Assembly: GCA_945865925.1 (NCBI GenBank)
Contig: CAMBFG010000003.1
Span: forward strand, 9,522 to 73,521
Reading direction: 5' to 3'
DNA length: 64,000 nucleotides
DNA from: Dehalococcoides mccartyi
Lineage (GTDB): Bacteria; Chloroflexota; Dehalococcoidia; UBA2979
The first letter of the stretch is position 1; the number at the start of each line of letters is the position of its first letter. Below the pieces are notes generated by a model. The model was not told the origin of the DNA and did no database searches. It saw nothing but the letters and a program-made list of their open reading frames with translations. Shown piece by piece: positions 33,522 to 43,079 of this stretch. Both the position numbers and the translations under genes were made by a program.

Positions 33522-34265
33522 CTACAGGTCGTCGTCGTCCTCATGGTCGTGATCGAGCCCCGCAGCGGCGGTGGAGTGCAGTCCGAGCGATGCCGTGGAA
33601 CCCTCCGCGCGCCGCTTTCGAGGTGCCGGCACCGCATTCGCGGCGTCGACGGCGGCGGCCAATGCTGCCGCATCGCCTCGCACGAGGACGGCCGCAGCGC
33701 CTGCGTCGCGCCACGCCTCGAGGGCCCTGGCCGTCGGCGTTTGCTCGGACGCGACCAGTAGTGGTGCACCGGTGTAGCCAATAATGCGACGCAAGGCGAT
33801 CAGGTCGCGCACCGTCTGCGCCGTCGAGTCGCCGGTGACCAACACCGCGTCGAGGTCGATGACCGCGATTGAACGAAGGCGCTGCTCATCCTGATCGGCT
33901 CCGAGTACGAGTACACGCCCGATCTCGTCGATCGCCATGCTGGAGGCGTGCGCGCGACCGTCGTCGAAGACGAAGAAGTCGGCGCCGGCATCGCGTGCGG
34001 CCTGGACCGCGTCGCGGTCGGCGTCCAGGAGCCAGGCGCCCGTTGGCTTGCCGGTGGCCGAGGCGATCGCGCCGACCTCGCTTGCTGCCCCCGTGAAGAC
34101 GATCGCATCCACGCCGGCTTCCGCGGCCGCCTTCGCCCCAGCGACGTCGGCTGCCTCTGCAAGCAAGAGGATGTGCCGGGCCCGCGTGTGCTTCGCCAGG
34201 ACCGCGAAGCCGAAGCCCGCGGTGGTCTTGCCCGTGTCACGGATGAGTTGGCGGAACTTGCTCAT
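33522..34265 (-). CDS. Hypothetical protein (TIM-barrel-like alternating beta/alpha pattern)
   Basis: Repeated GVDAIVF/GADFFVF/DLDAVLV/GAAAVLV strand-helix units. Confidence 0.65.
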   Translation of the reverse strand: MSKFRQLIRDTGKTTAGFGFAVLAKHTRARHILLLAEAADVAGAKAAAEAGVDAIVFTGAASEVGAIASATGKPTGAWLLDADRDAVQAARDAGADFFVFDDGRAHASSMAIDEIGRVLVLGADQDEQRLRSIAVIDLDAVLVTGDSTAQTVRDLIALRRIIGYTGAPLLVASEQTPTARALEAWRDAGAAAVLVRGDAAALAAAVDAANAVPAPRKRRAEGSTASLGLHSTAAAGLDHDHEDDDDL

Positions 34266-34334
34266 GCAGGACGACTCCGAGCGCGCGTGAAGGTGAGGTG
34301 GGCGATCGCGGCACGCGAAGGTTCAGGTGGGCGG

Positions 34335-34409
34335 TGGAGCCGCCGGTGGGACTCGAACCCACGACCTGCTGTTTACGAAACAGCTGCTCTGCCTCTGAGC
34401 TACAGCGGC
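34335..34409 (-). tRNA. tRNA-Thr (anticodon CGT)
   Basis: GCCGCTG acceptor stem, anticodon loop TTCGTAA, GGTTCGAGTCC T-arm, encoded CCA. Confidence 0.96.
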
Positions 34410-34495
34410 GTGCCGTCCGGCCAGTATATGCAGCCCCTCCGTGGGGGCCAATGCGAGCCCGGGCGGTACGCTCGCAGGGTCCTGAGGAGAACGCC

Positions 34496-34915
34496 ATGGC
34501 CGAGGCCACACCGCGCCTGATCCCGGAACTGCTCGTGGCAGACATCGCAGCAAGCCTGCGCTTCTACCTCGATGTCCTCGGCTTCACGATCCTCTACGAG
34601 CGCCCGGAGGAGTGCTTCGCGCACCTCGACCGTGAGGGCGCGCGGATCATGCTCGAGCAGCCGGTCGGCCGGACGTTCCTCGCGGGCCCGCTGCAACATC
34701 CCTACGGCCTCGGGATGAACCTGCAGATCCAGGTGGCGGATGTCGAAGTGCTCTACGCGAGCGTGCAGACCGCGAACCCCCTCGTGATCCTGCCGATCGA
34801 GGAGTCCTGGTATCGACGTGACGCGAGGCTGCTGGGGAACCGTCAGTTCGTCGTGCAGGATCCGGACGGCTACCTGCTGCGCTTCTTCGAAGACCTCGGC
34901 ACCCGCCCGGCATAA
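34496..34915 (+). CDS. Glyoxalase/bleomycin-resistance (VOC) protein
   Basis: LIPELLVADIAASLRFY, RQFVVQDPDGYLLRF; GAGGAG RBS. Confidence 0.88.
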   Translation: MAEATPRLIPELLVADIAASLRFYLDVLGFTILYERPEECFAHLDREGARIMLEQPVGRTFLAGPLQHPYGLGMNLQIQVADVEVLYASVQTANPLVILPIEESWYRRDARLLGNRQFVVQDPDGYLLRFFEDLGTRPA

Positions 34916-34918
34916 GGC

Positions 34919-35317
34919 CTACAGCGGCGGCGTGACGAACTCACATCGAGGCCCCACCGCCTGCGCCAGCCGGCGATCGAGGGTCGCGAGGCCGGACCCC
35001 AACTCCTCGGCGAGCGCGACGTACCACGCGTCATATGGGGTGACGTTCTGACGGAGTTCCCACACCCGCCATGCGAGGGGCTCGTAGGGGTACAGCACGA
35101 CGGTCAAACGGAGCAGGTTCTCGTGAGCCAACGCTGCCGAGTCCGGAGGCATGAGCCCACTCAACTCTGAACGACGCAGCGCACTCGTGACCTCCGCCAG
35201 CATGTGATGAGGAGATCGGAGCTCATTGGTGCGGAGCAGATGTCTGGCCCACTCGCCCTCACGATCGAGATCCATCAGCGCGCTGACAACAACAGACGCA
35301 TCGATCACAAGGGTCAC
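34919..35317 (-). CDS. vapC: PIN-domain VapC toxin
   Basis: LVIDASV, AEV, YDAWYVALAE, LATLDRRL; GTGA overlap with the antitoxin. Confidence 0.9.
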   Translation of the reverse strand: MTLVIDASVVVSALMDLDREGEWARHLLRTNELRSPHHMLAEVTSALRRSELSGLMPPDSAALAHENLLRLTVVLYPYEPLAWRVWELRQNVTPYDAWYVALAEELGSGLATLDRRLAQAVGPRCEFVTPPL

Positions 35318-35547
35318 CGACGGTCGGCGTCTCGCCACGCAAGAATGGTCTCAGCGCTGACATGAATGCCGTCGCGCTTCACGCGCTCTTCGACCTGCTT
35401 CACCCACGTGGCCCTGTCGGGCTTGCTGGCCATGTTGATCAGTTCGCCGCGCAGGTACTCCTGCAGCGAACGGCCACTACCCGCCGCCCGCGCAGCGAGT
35501 TCGTTGCGGGTCTCTTCGGGGACGTTGCGGATGGTGATGGATGGCAT
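35314..35547 (-). CDS. FitA-like ribbon-helix-helix antitoxin
   Basis: MPSITIRNVPEET...LAARAA..GRSLQEYLR. Confidence 0.88.
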   Translation of the reverse strand: MPSITIRNVPEETRNELAARAAGSGRSLQEYLRGELINMASKPDRATWVKQVEERVKRDGIHVSAETILAWRDADRR

Positions 35548-35580
35548 GCATGCATTTTGCTGCTACTGCATGCACTTTGC
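35547..35580. promoter_or_regulatory. Putative TA operator (direct repeat of a palindrome-containing unit)
   Basis: TGCATGCATTTTGC (35547-35560) and TGCATGCACTTTGC (35567-35580), 20-bp period, abutting the antitoxin start. Confidence 0.55.
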
Positions 35581-35605
35581 AAGCACTCGATACAGCACCA
35601 CACAG

Positions 35606-35639
35606 CGAGGGCCCCCGCAGATTCCTGCGGGGGCCCTCG
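35606..35639. terminator. Terminator hairpin
   Basis: Perfect 15-bp stem CGAGGGCCCCCGCAG/CTGCGGGGGCCCTCG. Confidence 0.7.
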
Positions 35640-35665
35640 AATGCTGCTCGAAGTACTCGCGGAAT

Positions 35666-35950
35666 CTAGTGGTGCGGGGCGTCCGACTTCTGGAACTCCC
35701 AGTCGAGGTGACGCTCGCGGCGGTAGAGGTAGCCGAGGGTGGCCACCACGAAGATCGCGAGCAGCCCGGCGACCGTGGCGAAGCCGATCATGACGCCGTC
35801 ACCTGGGAGTCCGAGTCCTCGGTTCGCGGCTTCGGCGTACTGGGGTACCTCGTCAGCGGTCACCAGCATGGGAAGTGCGGCGGCGAGGCCGCCGGTCGCC
35901 AGGGCTGAGGCCCGTGCCGTCATCTTCGAGATCTGCATCGGGGGCTCCAT
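35666..35950 (-). CDS. Small membrane protein (signal-like N-terminus plus one TM)
   Basis: Hydrophobic segments; GGAG RBS before an internal ATG; followed by a terminator. Confidence 0.6.
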   Translation of the reverse strand: MEPPMQISKMTARASALATGGLAAALPMLVTADEVPQYAEAANRGLGLPGDGVMIGFATVAGLLAIFVVATLGYLYRRERHLDWEFQKSDAPHH

Positions 35951-36112
35951 CCACGCATTGCGGTCGCCGGGTGAGTCTAGCGCGAGGCGGGGCGAGGATC
36001 ACGCGGAACGCGCCTCGGATTCTGCCTCGGATTGCCCCAGCCGGTGCGGCGTCCCTATACTTCCTAGGCCCAACTTGACGAGGGCAACTGGACGACGATC
36101 TGGAGCAACGCT

Positions 36113-36247
36113 GTGAAGCGTACCTGGCAGCCGAAACGCCTTTCCCGTCAGCGGAAACTCGGGTTCCGAGCCCGCATGCAGACGTCTAACGGACGAGATG
36201 TGATCGCTCGCCGGCGCGCCCACGGCCGCAAGCGGTTGTCGGTCTGA
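36113..36247 (+). CDS. rpmH: 50S ribosomal protein L34 (not in the ORF track)
   Basis: GTG start; [44 protein letters not shown]. Confidence 0.97.
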   Translation: MKRTWQPKRLSRQRKLGFRARMQTSNGRDVIARRRAHGRKRLSV

Positions 36248-36320
36248 TTCCCACCACCGAGGCACGGACGTCAGTCCGGGCCTGCTAGCGACGCCCCTGC
36301 GGCGGACACAGACCAACCTG

Positions 36321-36731
36321 ATGCGGGACCCTGGCGACTCATCCGGCCACGCTGGCCGTACGCCACAGGCGACGCCGCCGGACAGACTGCGCCGCCGTTC
36401 GGAGTTCGCCCTCGTCATGCGTGAGGGTCGCCGGGCACGCCATCCGCTGCTCCACCTGGTGGTGCGCCGTTCGGGCGTGCCGGGGACACGGATCGGATTC
36501 TCGGTCGGAAAACGGCTCGGCGGCGCTGTGGTGCGCAATCAGGTGAAGCGGCGGCTGCGCATGATCGTCCGTGGGTTCTCGTGGCGCGACGGCCTCGACA
36601 TCGTCGTCCTCGCCCAACCACCTGCTGCCATCGCGAGCTTCGAGGCGCTGACGGGCGCTCTGGCGCGTGCCGGGGAGCAGGCGCGGGCCCTCGAACCCTC
36701 AACCGTTACCGACGGGGCAGGTCGAGCTTGA
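36321..36731 (+). CDS. rnpA: Ribonuclease P protein component
   Basis: [32 protein letters not shown]; synteny. Confidence 0.93.
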   Translation: MRDPGDSSGHAGRTPQATPPDRLRRRSEFALVMREGRRARHPLLHLVVRRSGVPGTRIGFSVGKRLGGAVVRNQVKRRLRMIVRGFSWRDGLDIVVLAQPPAAIASFEALTGALARAGEQARALEPSTVTDGAGRA

Positions 36732-37009
36732 TAACCGCTGTCACCTCCCACACCGACTCGGGGAACCTGAACGGCGGGCAACGCCTCGCGCTGCACCTCA
36801 TCCGAGGCTATCAGCGCATCATTTCACCGAGCCTCGGCGCCCGTTGCCGCTTCGCACCGTCCTGCTCGCACTACGCGGCGGAGGCGATCGAAGTCCACGG
36901 GGTAATCCGAGGGGTGCTAATGGGTGCTCGCCGCCTGGCGCGCTGCCGCCCAGGAGGCGGCTCTGGATTCGACTCCGTGCCACCTCGAATCTCTGGGCGG
37001 GCCTCGTGA
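36728..37009 (+). CDS. yidD: Membrane protein insertion efficiency factor YidD
   Basis: [27 protein letters not shown]. Confidence 0.92.
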   Translation: MITAVTSHTDSGNLNGGQRLALHLIRGYQRIISPSLGARCRFAPSCSHYAAEAIEVHGVIRGVLMGARRLARCRPGGGSGFDSVPPRISGRAS

Positions 37010-37048
37010 GCGGGATACGTGCGCGGATTTCGCACACGACGCGCTCGA

Positions 37049-37064
37049 TGTTTCACGTGAAACA
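37049..37064. promoter_or_regulatory. parS centromere-like site
   Basis: TGTTTCACGTGAAACA, a perfect match to the canonical chromosomal parS palindrome; parAB about 4.3 kb downstream. Confidence 0.92.
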
Positions 37065-37116
37065 TATCCACAAGTTCATCCACAACCGGGGTCAAACAGC
37101 CGCTCCTTGTGGACAG
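37064..37116. promoter_or_regulatory. Three DnaA-box-like sites
   Basis: ATATCCACA (37064-72), TCATCCACA (37076-84), TGTGGACAG = reverse CTGTCCACA (37108-16); each one mismatch from TT(A/G)TCCACA. Confidence 0.6.
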
Positions 37117-37125
37117 AATGAGCAG

Positions 37126-38262
37126 TTGGGGGCCTCTCCGGTCTCCCGGCGACCTCGATTCTCCCGCCTGGTGGCCCTCGCCGCGTTCGCGTCACTCATC
37201 CTCGCGGGGTGTGGCGGCGTCGCGGAGGCAGCCGGATGGTCCGGCCCGGTACGGCTGGCTGACGGCAGCATCCTCGTCCAGGTGAAACCGGGCGAGGTTC
37301 GCGCCGTCGATCCCACCTCGGGCGATGAGCGCTGGCACTTCCCGAACTCGGTGAAGGACGAAAAGTCCTCGAAGCGCGTCTCCAAGCCCGTGAAGGGCAC
37401 GTTCTACGCCGCCCCGGTGCTCGACAAGGACCGCATCTACCTCGTCTCTTACGAGGGCCATGTCGCCCGTGTCGACCGCGGCGAAGGTGGCGCGATCGGC
37501 AACCCGTGGACGGCCGAACTCGGCGCGAACGTGGTCGCCACACCGATCTTGAGCGGTGGACGCCTTTACGTCGCCACTGAGGGCGGCGAGATCGTCGTAG
37601 TGGGTACCGAGGATGGCGCCATCGTTTCGCGCTACCGGGCGGGCTCCGGACGCATCTGGGGTGGCGCCGTGGTGTCAGGCGAAAACCTCATCACTCCGAA
37701 TCTGGACGAGCGCGCGATCTACGCGATCCGGCTCTCCGATGGCCAGCAGGCCTGGCGCACTGACGATGCCGCATCGGTCTCCGACGTGACCTCGGCGGGC
37801 CCGAATCTGCTCATCGGTGGCATCGACGCCTCACTTCGAGCGATCGACGCCGCTGGCGGCGGGGTCCGCTGGCGCTTCGAGACCGACGGCTGGGTCGCTG
37901 GTGCACCGCTGGTGGCCGGCGACACGATCTACGTCGGGAGCATGGGCGGCAGCGTCTACGCGCTGACCCTTGATGGACAGCAGCGCCAGAAATACACCCT
38001 CGACGCAGAGAAGGCCGAGTTCCGTGCGACGCCAGTGATTGCCAGCGGGCACCTGATCGCGGTCTCACGGAGGGGCGTGATCGTTGGCCTGAACCCATCC
38101 ACGCTCGAACAACAGTGGCGTCAGGAGATCCCCGACGTGCGGATCGACGCGACGCCGCTGGTCGTGGACGGTCAGGTCTTCCTGATCACGACGAAGCACG
38201 CCTTGATCCGTGTGGACGCCGCAACCGGCGCCCACCGGTTGATCAGCGCACCGAGCGAGTAG
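37126..38262 (+). CDS. PQQ-type beta-propeller lipoprotein (BamB-like fold); start uncertain
   Basis: Lipobox LAGC; repeated A.D..G..RW and P.V...IY.G motifs. Confidence 0.8.
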   Translation: MGASPVSRRPRFSRLVALAAFASLILAGCGGVAEAAGWSGPVRLADGSILVQVKPGEVRAVDPTSGDERWHFPNSVKDEKSSKRVSKPVKGTFYAAPVLDKDRIYLVSYEGHVARVDRGEGGAIGNPWTAELGANVVATPILSGGRLYVATEGGEIVVVGTEDGAIVSRYRAGSGRIWGGAVVSGENLITPNLDERAIYAIRLSDGQQAWRTDDAASVSDVTSAGPNLLIGGIDASLRAIDAAGGGVRWRFETDGWVAGAPLVAGDTIYVGSMGGSVYALTLDGQQRQKYTLDAEKAEFRATPVIASGHLIAVSRRGVIVGLNPSTLEQQWRQEIPDVRIDATPLVVDGQVFLITTKHALIRVDAATGAHRLISAPSE

Positions 38263-38269
38263 GACACAG

Positions 38270-39235
38270 ATGCCGATCGGCTACGTCTGGCAGACCTTCC
38301 TCGAAACGCCGCTCATCAACGTGATGGTGGCGCTGACGGGGATCTGCTTCTCCTCGTACGGCCTCGCAATCCTCGTGTTCACGGTGATCTCTCGAGTGCT
38401 GCTCTTCCCGTTCACGCTGAAGATGCTGAACTCGATGAAGGCACTTCAGACAATTCAGCCGCAGATGCAGGAATTGCAGAAGAAGTACAGCGACCCGAAA
38501 CGCCGTCAGGAAGAGACCATGCGTCTCTACAAGGAGTCCGGCGTGAACCCGCTGGGCTGCTTGAGCGGCCAGGTCATCCAGATGCCGCTGTTCATCGCGC
38601 TGTATCAGGTGATCCGCGTCACCCTGGGTGGGTCGCCGGAGAGCATCCTCGACCTGTCGGGGCGTCTGTACGACGTGCCCTTCATCCAGGACCAGATCCC
38701 GCTGTCGCGCATCTTCATCGGCATGGACCTCGGCGCGAACGGCGGGATCCCGCTGCTGGTGCTGGTGTTCATCGCGATGTGGCTGCAGCAGCGCATCTCG
38801 TCGGGCCGCACGGCGACCACGACCGTGCAGAGCGACCAGCAGCGTCAGACCGCCCAGATGATGCAGTGGATGATGCCCGCTGTATTCTCCTGGTTCGTCC
38901 TGTTCTCACCGGCCGGTGTGGGCATCTACTGGTTCGCCAGCACCGTCATCGGCATTGCGTTGCAGTGGGCCTTCGTGGGCCCGGGTGACTTCACATGGGG
39001 ATCGCTGGTGCCGAACTTCGCGCGTGCGCGCCTCGGCATGACGCCGCTCCCGGTCACTCCTACACGAGTCCGTCCTAGCCGACCCGCCGCAGATCGCGGC
39101 ACGTCCGAAACGGGGAACAACGATGCGAGTAGCGGAAACAAGCGGCCGAACGGTCGACGAAGCGGTGGGGAAGGCGCTGGCCCAACTCGGCCTGCGCCGG
39201 GATCAAGTCGAAATCGACGTCGTCACCGAGGGTAA
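38270..39235 (+). CDS. yidC: Membrane protein insertase YidC/Oxa1
   Basis: YGLAIL..T...R, QPQMQELQKKY, LYKESGVNPLGCL, IQMPLFIALY, PAGVGIYW. Confidence 0.94.
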   Translation: MPIGYVWQTFLETPLINVMVALTGICFSSYGLAILVFTVISRVLLFPFTLKMLNSMKALQTIQPQMQELQKKYSDPKRRQEETMRLYKESGVNPLGCLSGQVIQMPLFIALYQVIRVTLGGSPESILDLSGRLYDVPFIQDQIPLSRIFIGMDLGANGGIPLLVLVFIAMWLQQRISSGRTATTTVQSDQQRQTAQMMQWMMPAVFSWFVLFSPAGVGIYWFASTVIGIALQWAFVGPGDFTWGSLVPNFARARLGMTPLPVTPTRVRPSRPAADRGTSETGNNDASSGNKRPNGRRSGGEGAGPTRPAPGSSRNRRRHRG

Positions 39236-40409
39236 GGCCGGGCGCTTCGGCTTCGGCTCTGAGGACGCGATCGTCCGCGTCACCGCCCACGAGTCAGTGC
39301 TGACCTCCGGCCCATCGCGCGGCCCGCGGCGCTCTGCCCCCGTCCGTCAGCGTCAGCCCGAGGCCGCGGACGTGCTTCCGCAGCGCGACGAAGACGATGA
39401 CGACGACGACGTGGATGACGACGACGATGATGACGAGGCACCGCGCGGGTCTGAGGACGGCGAGGCGCCGGCTGCGGACGGGGACGCCCCGCGTCGCCGT
39501 CGACGTGGCCGCCGAGGTGGCCGTGGCCGCCGACGTGAGGACGACGCTCCGGCTGCGGACGGCGAGCAGCCAGCGGCGGTTGCCGCCGCTGCCGTGCCTG
39601 CCGAGCCGCGCACCGCTGCTCCCTCCCGCGATGACGATGCACCGCGTGCTGGCATGGCGAGCCGCGACGGTCGTGCCCCCAGCCGAGGCCCGGCCGGTGG
39701 CGGTCGAGGGCGATCGAGCGGTGGTGGTGGTGGCGGACGCAACGACCGTGGCGGCGGTGGCCGAGGTGGCCCGCGCGGTGGTGGTGGCCGGGACTTCCGC
39801 GAACCTCGCGAGCCGCGTGAGGCGCGACCGCAGGGGTTCACGGTGCCGCTGGACGAAGAAGTCCGCGTACCGGATGCGCCGGACGATCTGCCGATCGCGC
39901 CGAACACGACTGCTGAGGACGACCTGGACCTCGCGGGCGGCACGCTGCGCGATGTCCTGAACCTCCTCGGCCTGCAGGGTACGGAGATCAGCGCGCGTGA
40001 CCCGGAGACCCCGGGCGACGGCGCTGGCCTGATCGCGCAGGTCTTCGATGTCTTCGGTGAGGACGATGTGGCCTCGGACGAACTCGGACTGCTGATCGGG
40101 CGACGGGGCGAGACGCTCTACCACCTGCAGTACCTGATGAACACGATCGTGGGTCAGCGCCGCGAGAGCGCGCCGGTCTTCGGCCTGGACATCGAGGGCT
40201 ACCGGCGCCGCCGTGAGCAGATGCTGGTGGACATGGCGCGAGAGATCGCCGAAGAGGTGCGCGCCAGCGGTGACGTGATCACCCTGGAGCCGATGCCGGC
40301 GCACGAGCGTCGGATCATCCACCTCACCCTGGAGACCGAGGGTGGCGTGCGCACCGAGAGCGTGGGCTCCGGTGAGAACCGCCAGGTCGAGATCCTGCCC
40401 GCCGAATAG
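39123..40409 (+). CDS. jag: Jag/KhpB/EloR RNA-binding protein (Jag_N, long disordered linker, KH, R3H)
   Basis: GRTVDEAV..AL, LIGRRGETL..LQY, PMPAHERRIIH. Confidence 0.92.
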   Translation: MRVAETSGRTVDEAVGKALAQLGLRRDQVEIDVVTEGKAGRFGFGSEDAIVRVTAHESVLTSGPSRGPRRSAPVRQRQPEAADVLPQRDEDDDDDDVDDDDDDDEAPRGSEDGEAPAADGDAPRRRRRGRRGGRGRRREDDAPAADGEQPAAVAAAAVPAEPRTAAPSRDDDAPRAGMASRDGRAPSRGPAGGGRGRSSGGGGGGRNDRGGGGRGGPRGGGGRDFREPREPREARPQGFTVPLDEEVRVPDAPDDLPIAPNTTAEDDLDLAGGTLRDVLNLLGLQGTEISARDPETPGDGAGLIAQVFDVFGEDDVASDELGLLIGRRGETLYHLQYLMNTIVGQRRESAPVFGLDIEGYRRRREQMLVDMAREIAEEVRASGDVITLEPMPAHERRIIHLTLETEGGVRTESVGSGENRQVEILPAE

Positions 40410-40449
40410 CACGCACAGTCTGAGGACGAGCGAGGACGGCTGAAGGCAC

Positions 40450-41286
40450 ATGCCTGACGACGCCTCGCCACGTCTCTCCTTCGCCGATGCCGGCCCGCTG
40501 TTGATCGCCGGCCCGCTCACGCTCGACCGTTTCGTCGACGAGACACCCGTGCGGGAGTCGCCGGGTGGCGGCGTGCTGTTCGCCGCGCGGACAGCCGAGG
40601 CGTTTGGTATCCGTCCGCTCGTCCTGACGAAGGTGAACCGCGAGCCGCTGCTGTTCGAGCACGCGCATGTCGATGGCGAACGCCGTCTCCGGCTGCAGCA
40701 CCCGCCGCGCTCTCCGATCGCCGCGCTGGATATCCCCAACGGCTGGCCCGAGCCGCGCACGATCCTGCTCTGTCCGCTGATCGCCGGTGACCTAGACGTC
40801 CTGTCCTTCCTCGACCGCTGGCCGGGGACGCGGGTGGGGCTGCTGGCACAGGGGATGCAGCGTCGCCGCCTCGATGACGGTGCCGTGCGGGTCGTCGGTG
40901 CGCCGTCACCGGCGCTGCTGAACGCGGCACGCGAGGGGGTGACGATCTTCCTGTCGCAGGAGGAGGTCGCGCGCTGGTCGCCGGGCGCCCTCGCACGGCT
41001 CGCGTCACGGGCGGAGCGCGTCGTGGTCACGGAAGGCACCTCGGGTGCGCGAGCCGTGAACCGCGACGGCAGCGAGTCGCGGATCGAGCCCGTCGAGGCC
41101 CAACCCATCGATACCACGGGCGCGGGAGATGTGTTCGCGGCGGCCTTTATACTCGGGCTGCGAGCGGGGTTGGTGACGGCGGGCCGCCTGGCTGCGGCTG
41201 CGGCCGCCTGCGAGGTCGAGACACTCGGCCCCGCCCCGTTGCCACCGCTCGCGCAGATCGCCGCCCGAGCGGGAGTCGTCCTGTGA
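40450..41286 (+). CDS. PfkB family carbohydrate kinase
   Basis: PGGG, VVTEGTSG, DTTGAGDVFAAAF. Confidence 0.85.
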   Translation: MPDDASPRLSFADAGPLLIAGPLTLDRFVDETPVRESPGGGVLFAARTAEAFGIRPLVLTKVNREPLLFEHAHVDGERRLRLQHPPRSPIAALDIPNGWPEPRTILLCPLIAGDLDVLSFLDRWPGTRVGLLAQGMQRRRLDDGAVRVVGAPSPALLNAAREGVTIFLSQEEVARWSPGALARLASRAERVVVTEGTSGARAVNRDGSESRIEPVEAQPIDTTGAGDVFAAAFILGLRAGLVTAGRLAAAAAACEVETLGPAPLPPLAQIAARAGVVL

Positions 41287-41329
41287 TCGTCCTCCCGCCC
41301 CTCGCACTGCGTACCGCGGACAGCCCTCG

Positions 41330-42172
41330 ATGAGCGTGTGCATCGCTGTGACGAACCAGAAGGGTGGCGTCGGCAAGACGACGACCACCGTCTCGCTCGG
41401 CGCGTCGCTGGCGGCGCGCGGGCTGCGGGTCCTCATCGTCGACGCCGACCCGCAGGCGAACGCCACGAGCGCCCTCGGCATACGCGGTCGCGACGAGGCC
41501 GGCCTGTACGCGACGCTGATCGAGGAAGACCCGCTGGAGCGCTCGGTAGAGGCGACCTCGACCCCGAACCTCTGGCTCGTGCCAACCACGCCGGCGCTCG
41601 CGGGCGCCGAGATCGAACTCGTGACGGTGATGGCGCGCGAGTTCCGGATGAAGCGCGCCCTCGAATCCCTCCGCTCGCAATACGACATCATCCTGATGGA
41701 CTGCCCGCCGTCGCTCGGCCTGCTCACGGTGAACGCGCTGGCGGCGGCCGACGAAGTGATCATCCCGGTGCAGGCGGAGTACTTCGCCCTCGAAGGCCTC
41801 GGGCACCTCTCGAAGACCGTCGAGATGATCCGCCGCAACCTCAACCCCCAACTGGCGATCCGCGGGGTGCTGCTGACGATGTACGACTCCCGCACGAACC
41901 TCGCGCGTGAGGTGGAGCAGGAGGTGCGCACGCACTTCCCGGCGACGTTCCGCACGGTCATCCCTCGGTCAGTGCGGCTGGCGGAGGCGCCGAGTCACGG
42001 CGAACCGATCACGGCGTACGACCCGTCCTCGACAGGTGCGCGTGCGTACGAGGAACTCGCGGACGAACTGATCGGGCGGCTGCGCGAGCGCGACCTGATC
42101 CCGGCCGTCGCGCCGATGCGCCCGCGTGCCGCCGCGGCGACACCGCCCTCGGAGGTCACACATGGCGCGTAA
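41330..42172 (+). CDS. parA: Chromosome partitioning ATPase ParA/Soj
   Basis: NQKGGVGKTT, DPQAN, DCPPSLG, IPRSVRLAEAPSHG. Confidence 0.96.
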   Translation: MSVCIAVTNQKGGVGKTTTTVSLGASLAARGLRVLIVDADPQANATSALGIRGRDEAGLYATLIEEDPLERSVEATSTPNLWLVPTTPALAGAEIELVTVMAREFRMKRALESLRSQYDIILMDCPPSLGLLTVNALAAADEVIIPVQAEYFALEGLGHLSKTVEMIRRNLNPQLAIRGVLLTMYDSRTNLAREVEQEVRTHFPATFRTVIPRSVRLAEAPSHGEPITAYDPSSTGARAYEELADELIGRLRERDLIPAVAPMRPRAAAATPPSEVTHGA

Positions 42173-43079
42173 AGGTGGCCTGGGCCGTGGACTCGCAGCG
42201 CTGATCCCGGACGGCGCACCCGGCGATCCGGAGACGGCACCGCGCGACGAGCGCGTGCCCGCGACCGACGTCGCGATCGAGGATGTGGTCCCGAACCCGC
42301 AGCAGCCGCGTACGTTCATCGATCCCGTGCGGCTCGCGGAACTCGCCGAGTCGATCAAGTTGTACGGCATCATCCAGCCGCTGCTGGTCACACAGGAACG
42401 CGGCCAGGACGGCCAGGTCGTCTACCAACTGATCGCTGGTGAGCGCCGTCTGCGCGCCGCGAAGGCGGCCGGCCTCGAGCGTGTGCCGGTCACGATCCGG
42501 CAGACGACCCCGCAGGAACTCCTCGAAATCGCCATCGTCGAGAACGTCCAGCGCGCCGACCTCAATCCGTTGGAGGAGGCGGTCGCGTACCAGCGGCTGA
42601 TCGAGGAGTTCCATCTCACACAGGCGCAGGTCGCGGAGCGGGTCAGCAAGTCTCGCGTCGCCATCGCGAACACGCTGCGGCTGATGGACCTGCCGGTGGA
42701 GGTGCGCGCCTCGATCACGGGTGGCGATATCTCCGAGGGGCACGGGCGGGCGCTGCTCGGGCTCGCGTCGCAGGCGGACCGCCTGACCGCATGCGAACGG
42801 GTGGTCGCCGAGGGCTTGAACGTGCGCCAGACCGAGCGCATGGTGCGCGAGTGGGGTGGCACCGAGGCGAAGCCCTCGAAGCCGCGCCAGCCGAAGCCGG
42901 ACGTACGCGGCCCGGCCGCGGTCACCCAGGGATTCGAGGAGGCGGTGCAGCGCTCCCTCGGCACGAAGGTGACGCTGAAGCGGAGCCAGACGGGGCGCGG
43001 GGCCCTCACGATTCACTTCTACAGCGACGAGGAGCTCACGGGAGTCCTCGAACGGATCCTTGGAAAGGACGCGCTATGA
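42162..43079 (+). CDS. parB: Chromosome partitioning protein ParB/Spo0J
   Basis: GLGRGLAALI, NPQQPR, GIIQP, AGERRLRA, ENVQRADL, HTH. Confidence 0.96.
   Translation: MARKGGLGRGLAALIPDGAPGDPETAPRDERVPATDVAIEDVVPNPQQPRTFIDPVRLAELAESIKLYGIIQPLLVTQERGQDGQVVYQLIAGERRLRAAKAAGLERVPVTIRQTTPQELLEIAIVENVQRADLNPLEEAVAYQRLIEEFHLTQAQVAERVSKSRVAIANTLRLMDLPVEVRASITGGDISEGHGRALLGLASQADRLTACERVVAEGLNVRQTERMVREWGGTEAKPSKPRQPKPDVRGPAAVTQGFEEAVQRSLGTKVTLKRSQTGRGALTIHFYSDEELTGVLERILGKDAL

Noticed and set aside
34335-35580. Genomic island integrated at tRNA-Thr
   Set aside because: The vapBC and VOC genes lie on the 5' side of the tRNA; no integrase or duplicated tRNA 3' end (att) was found.
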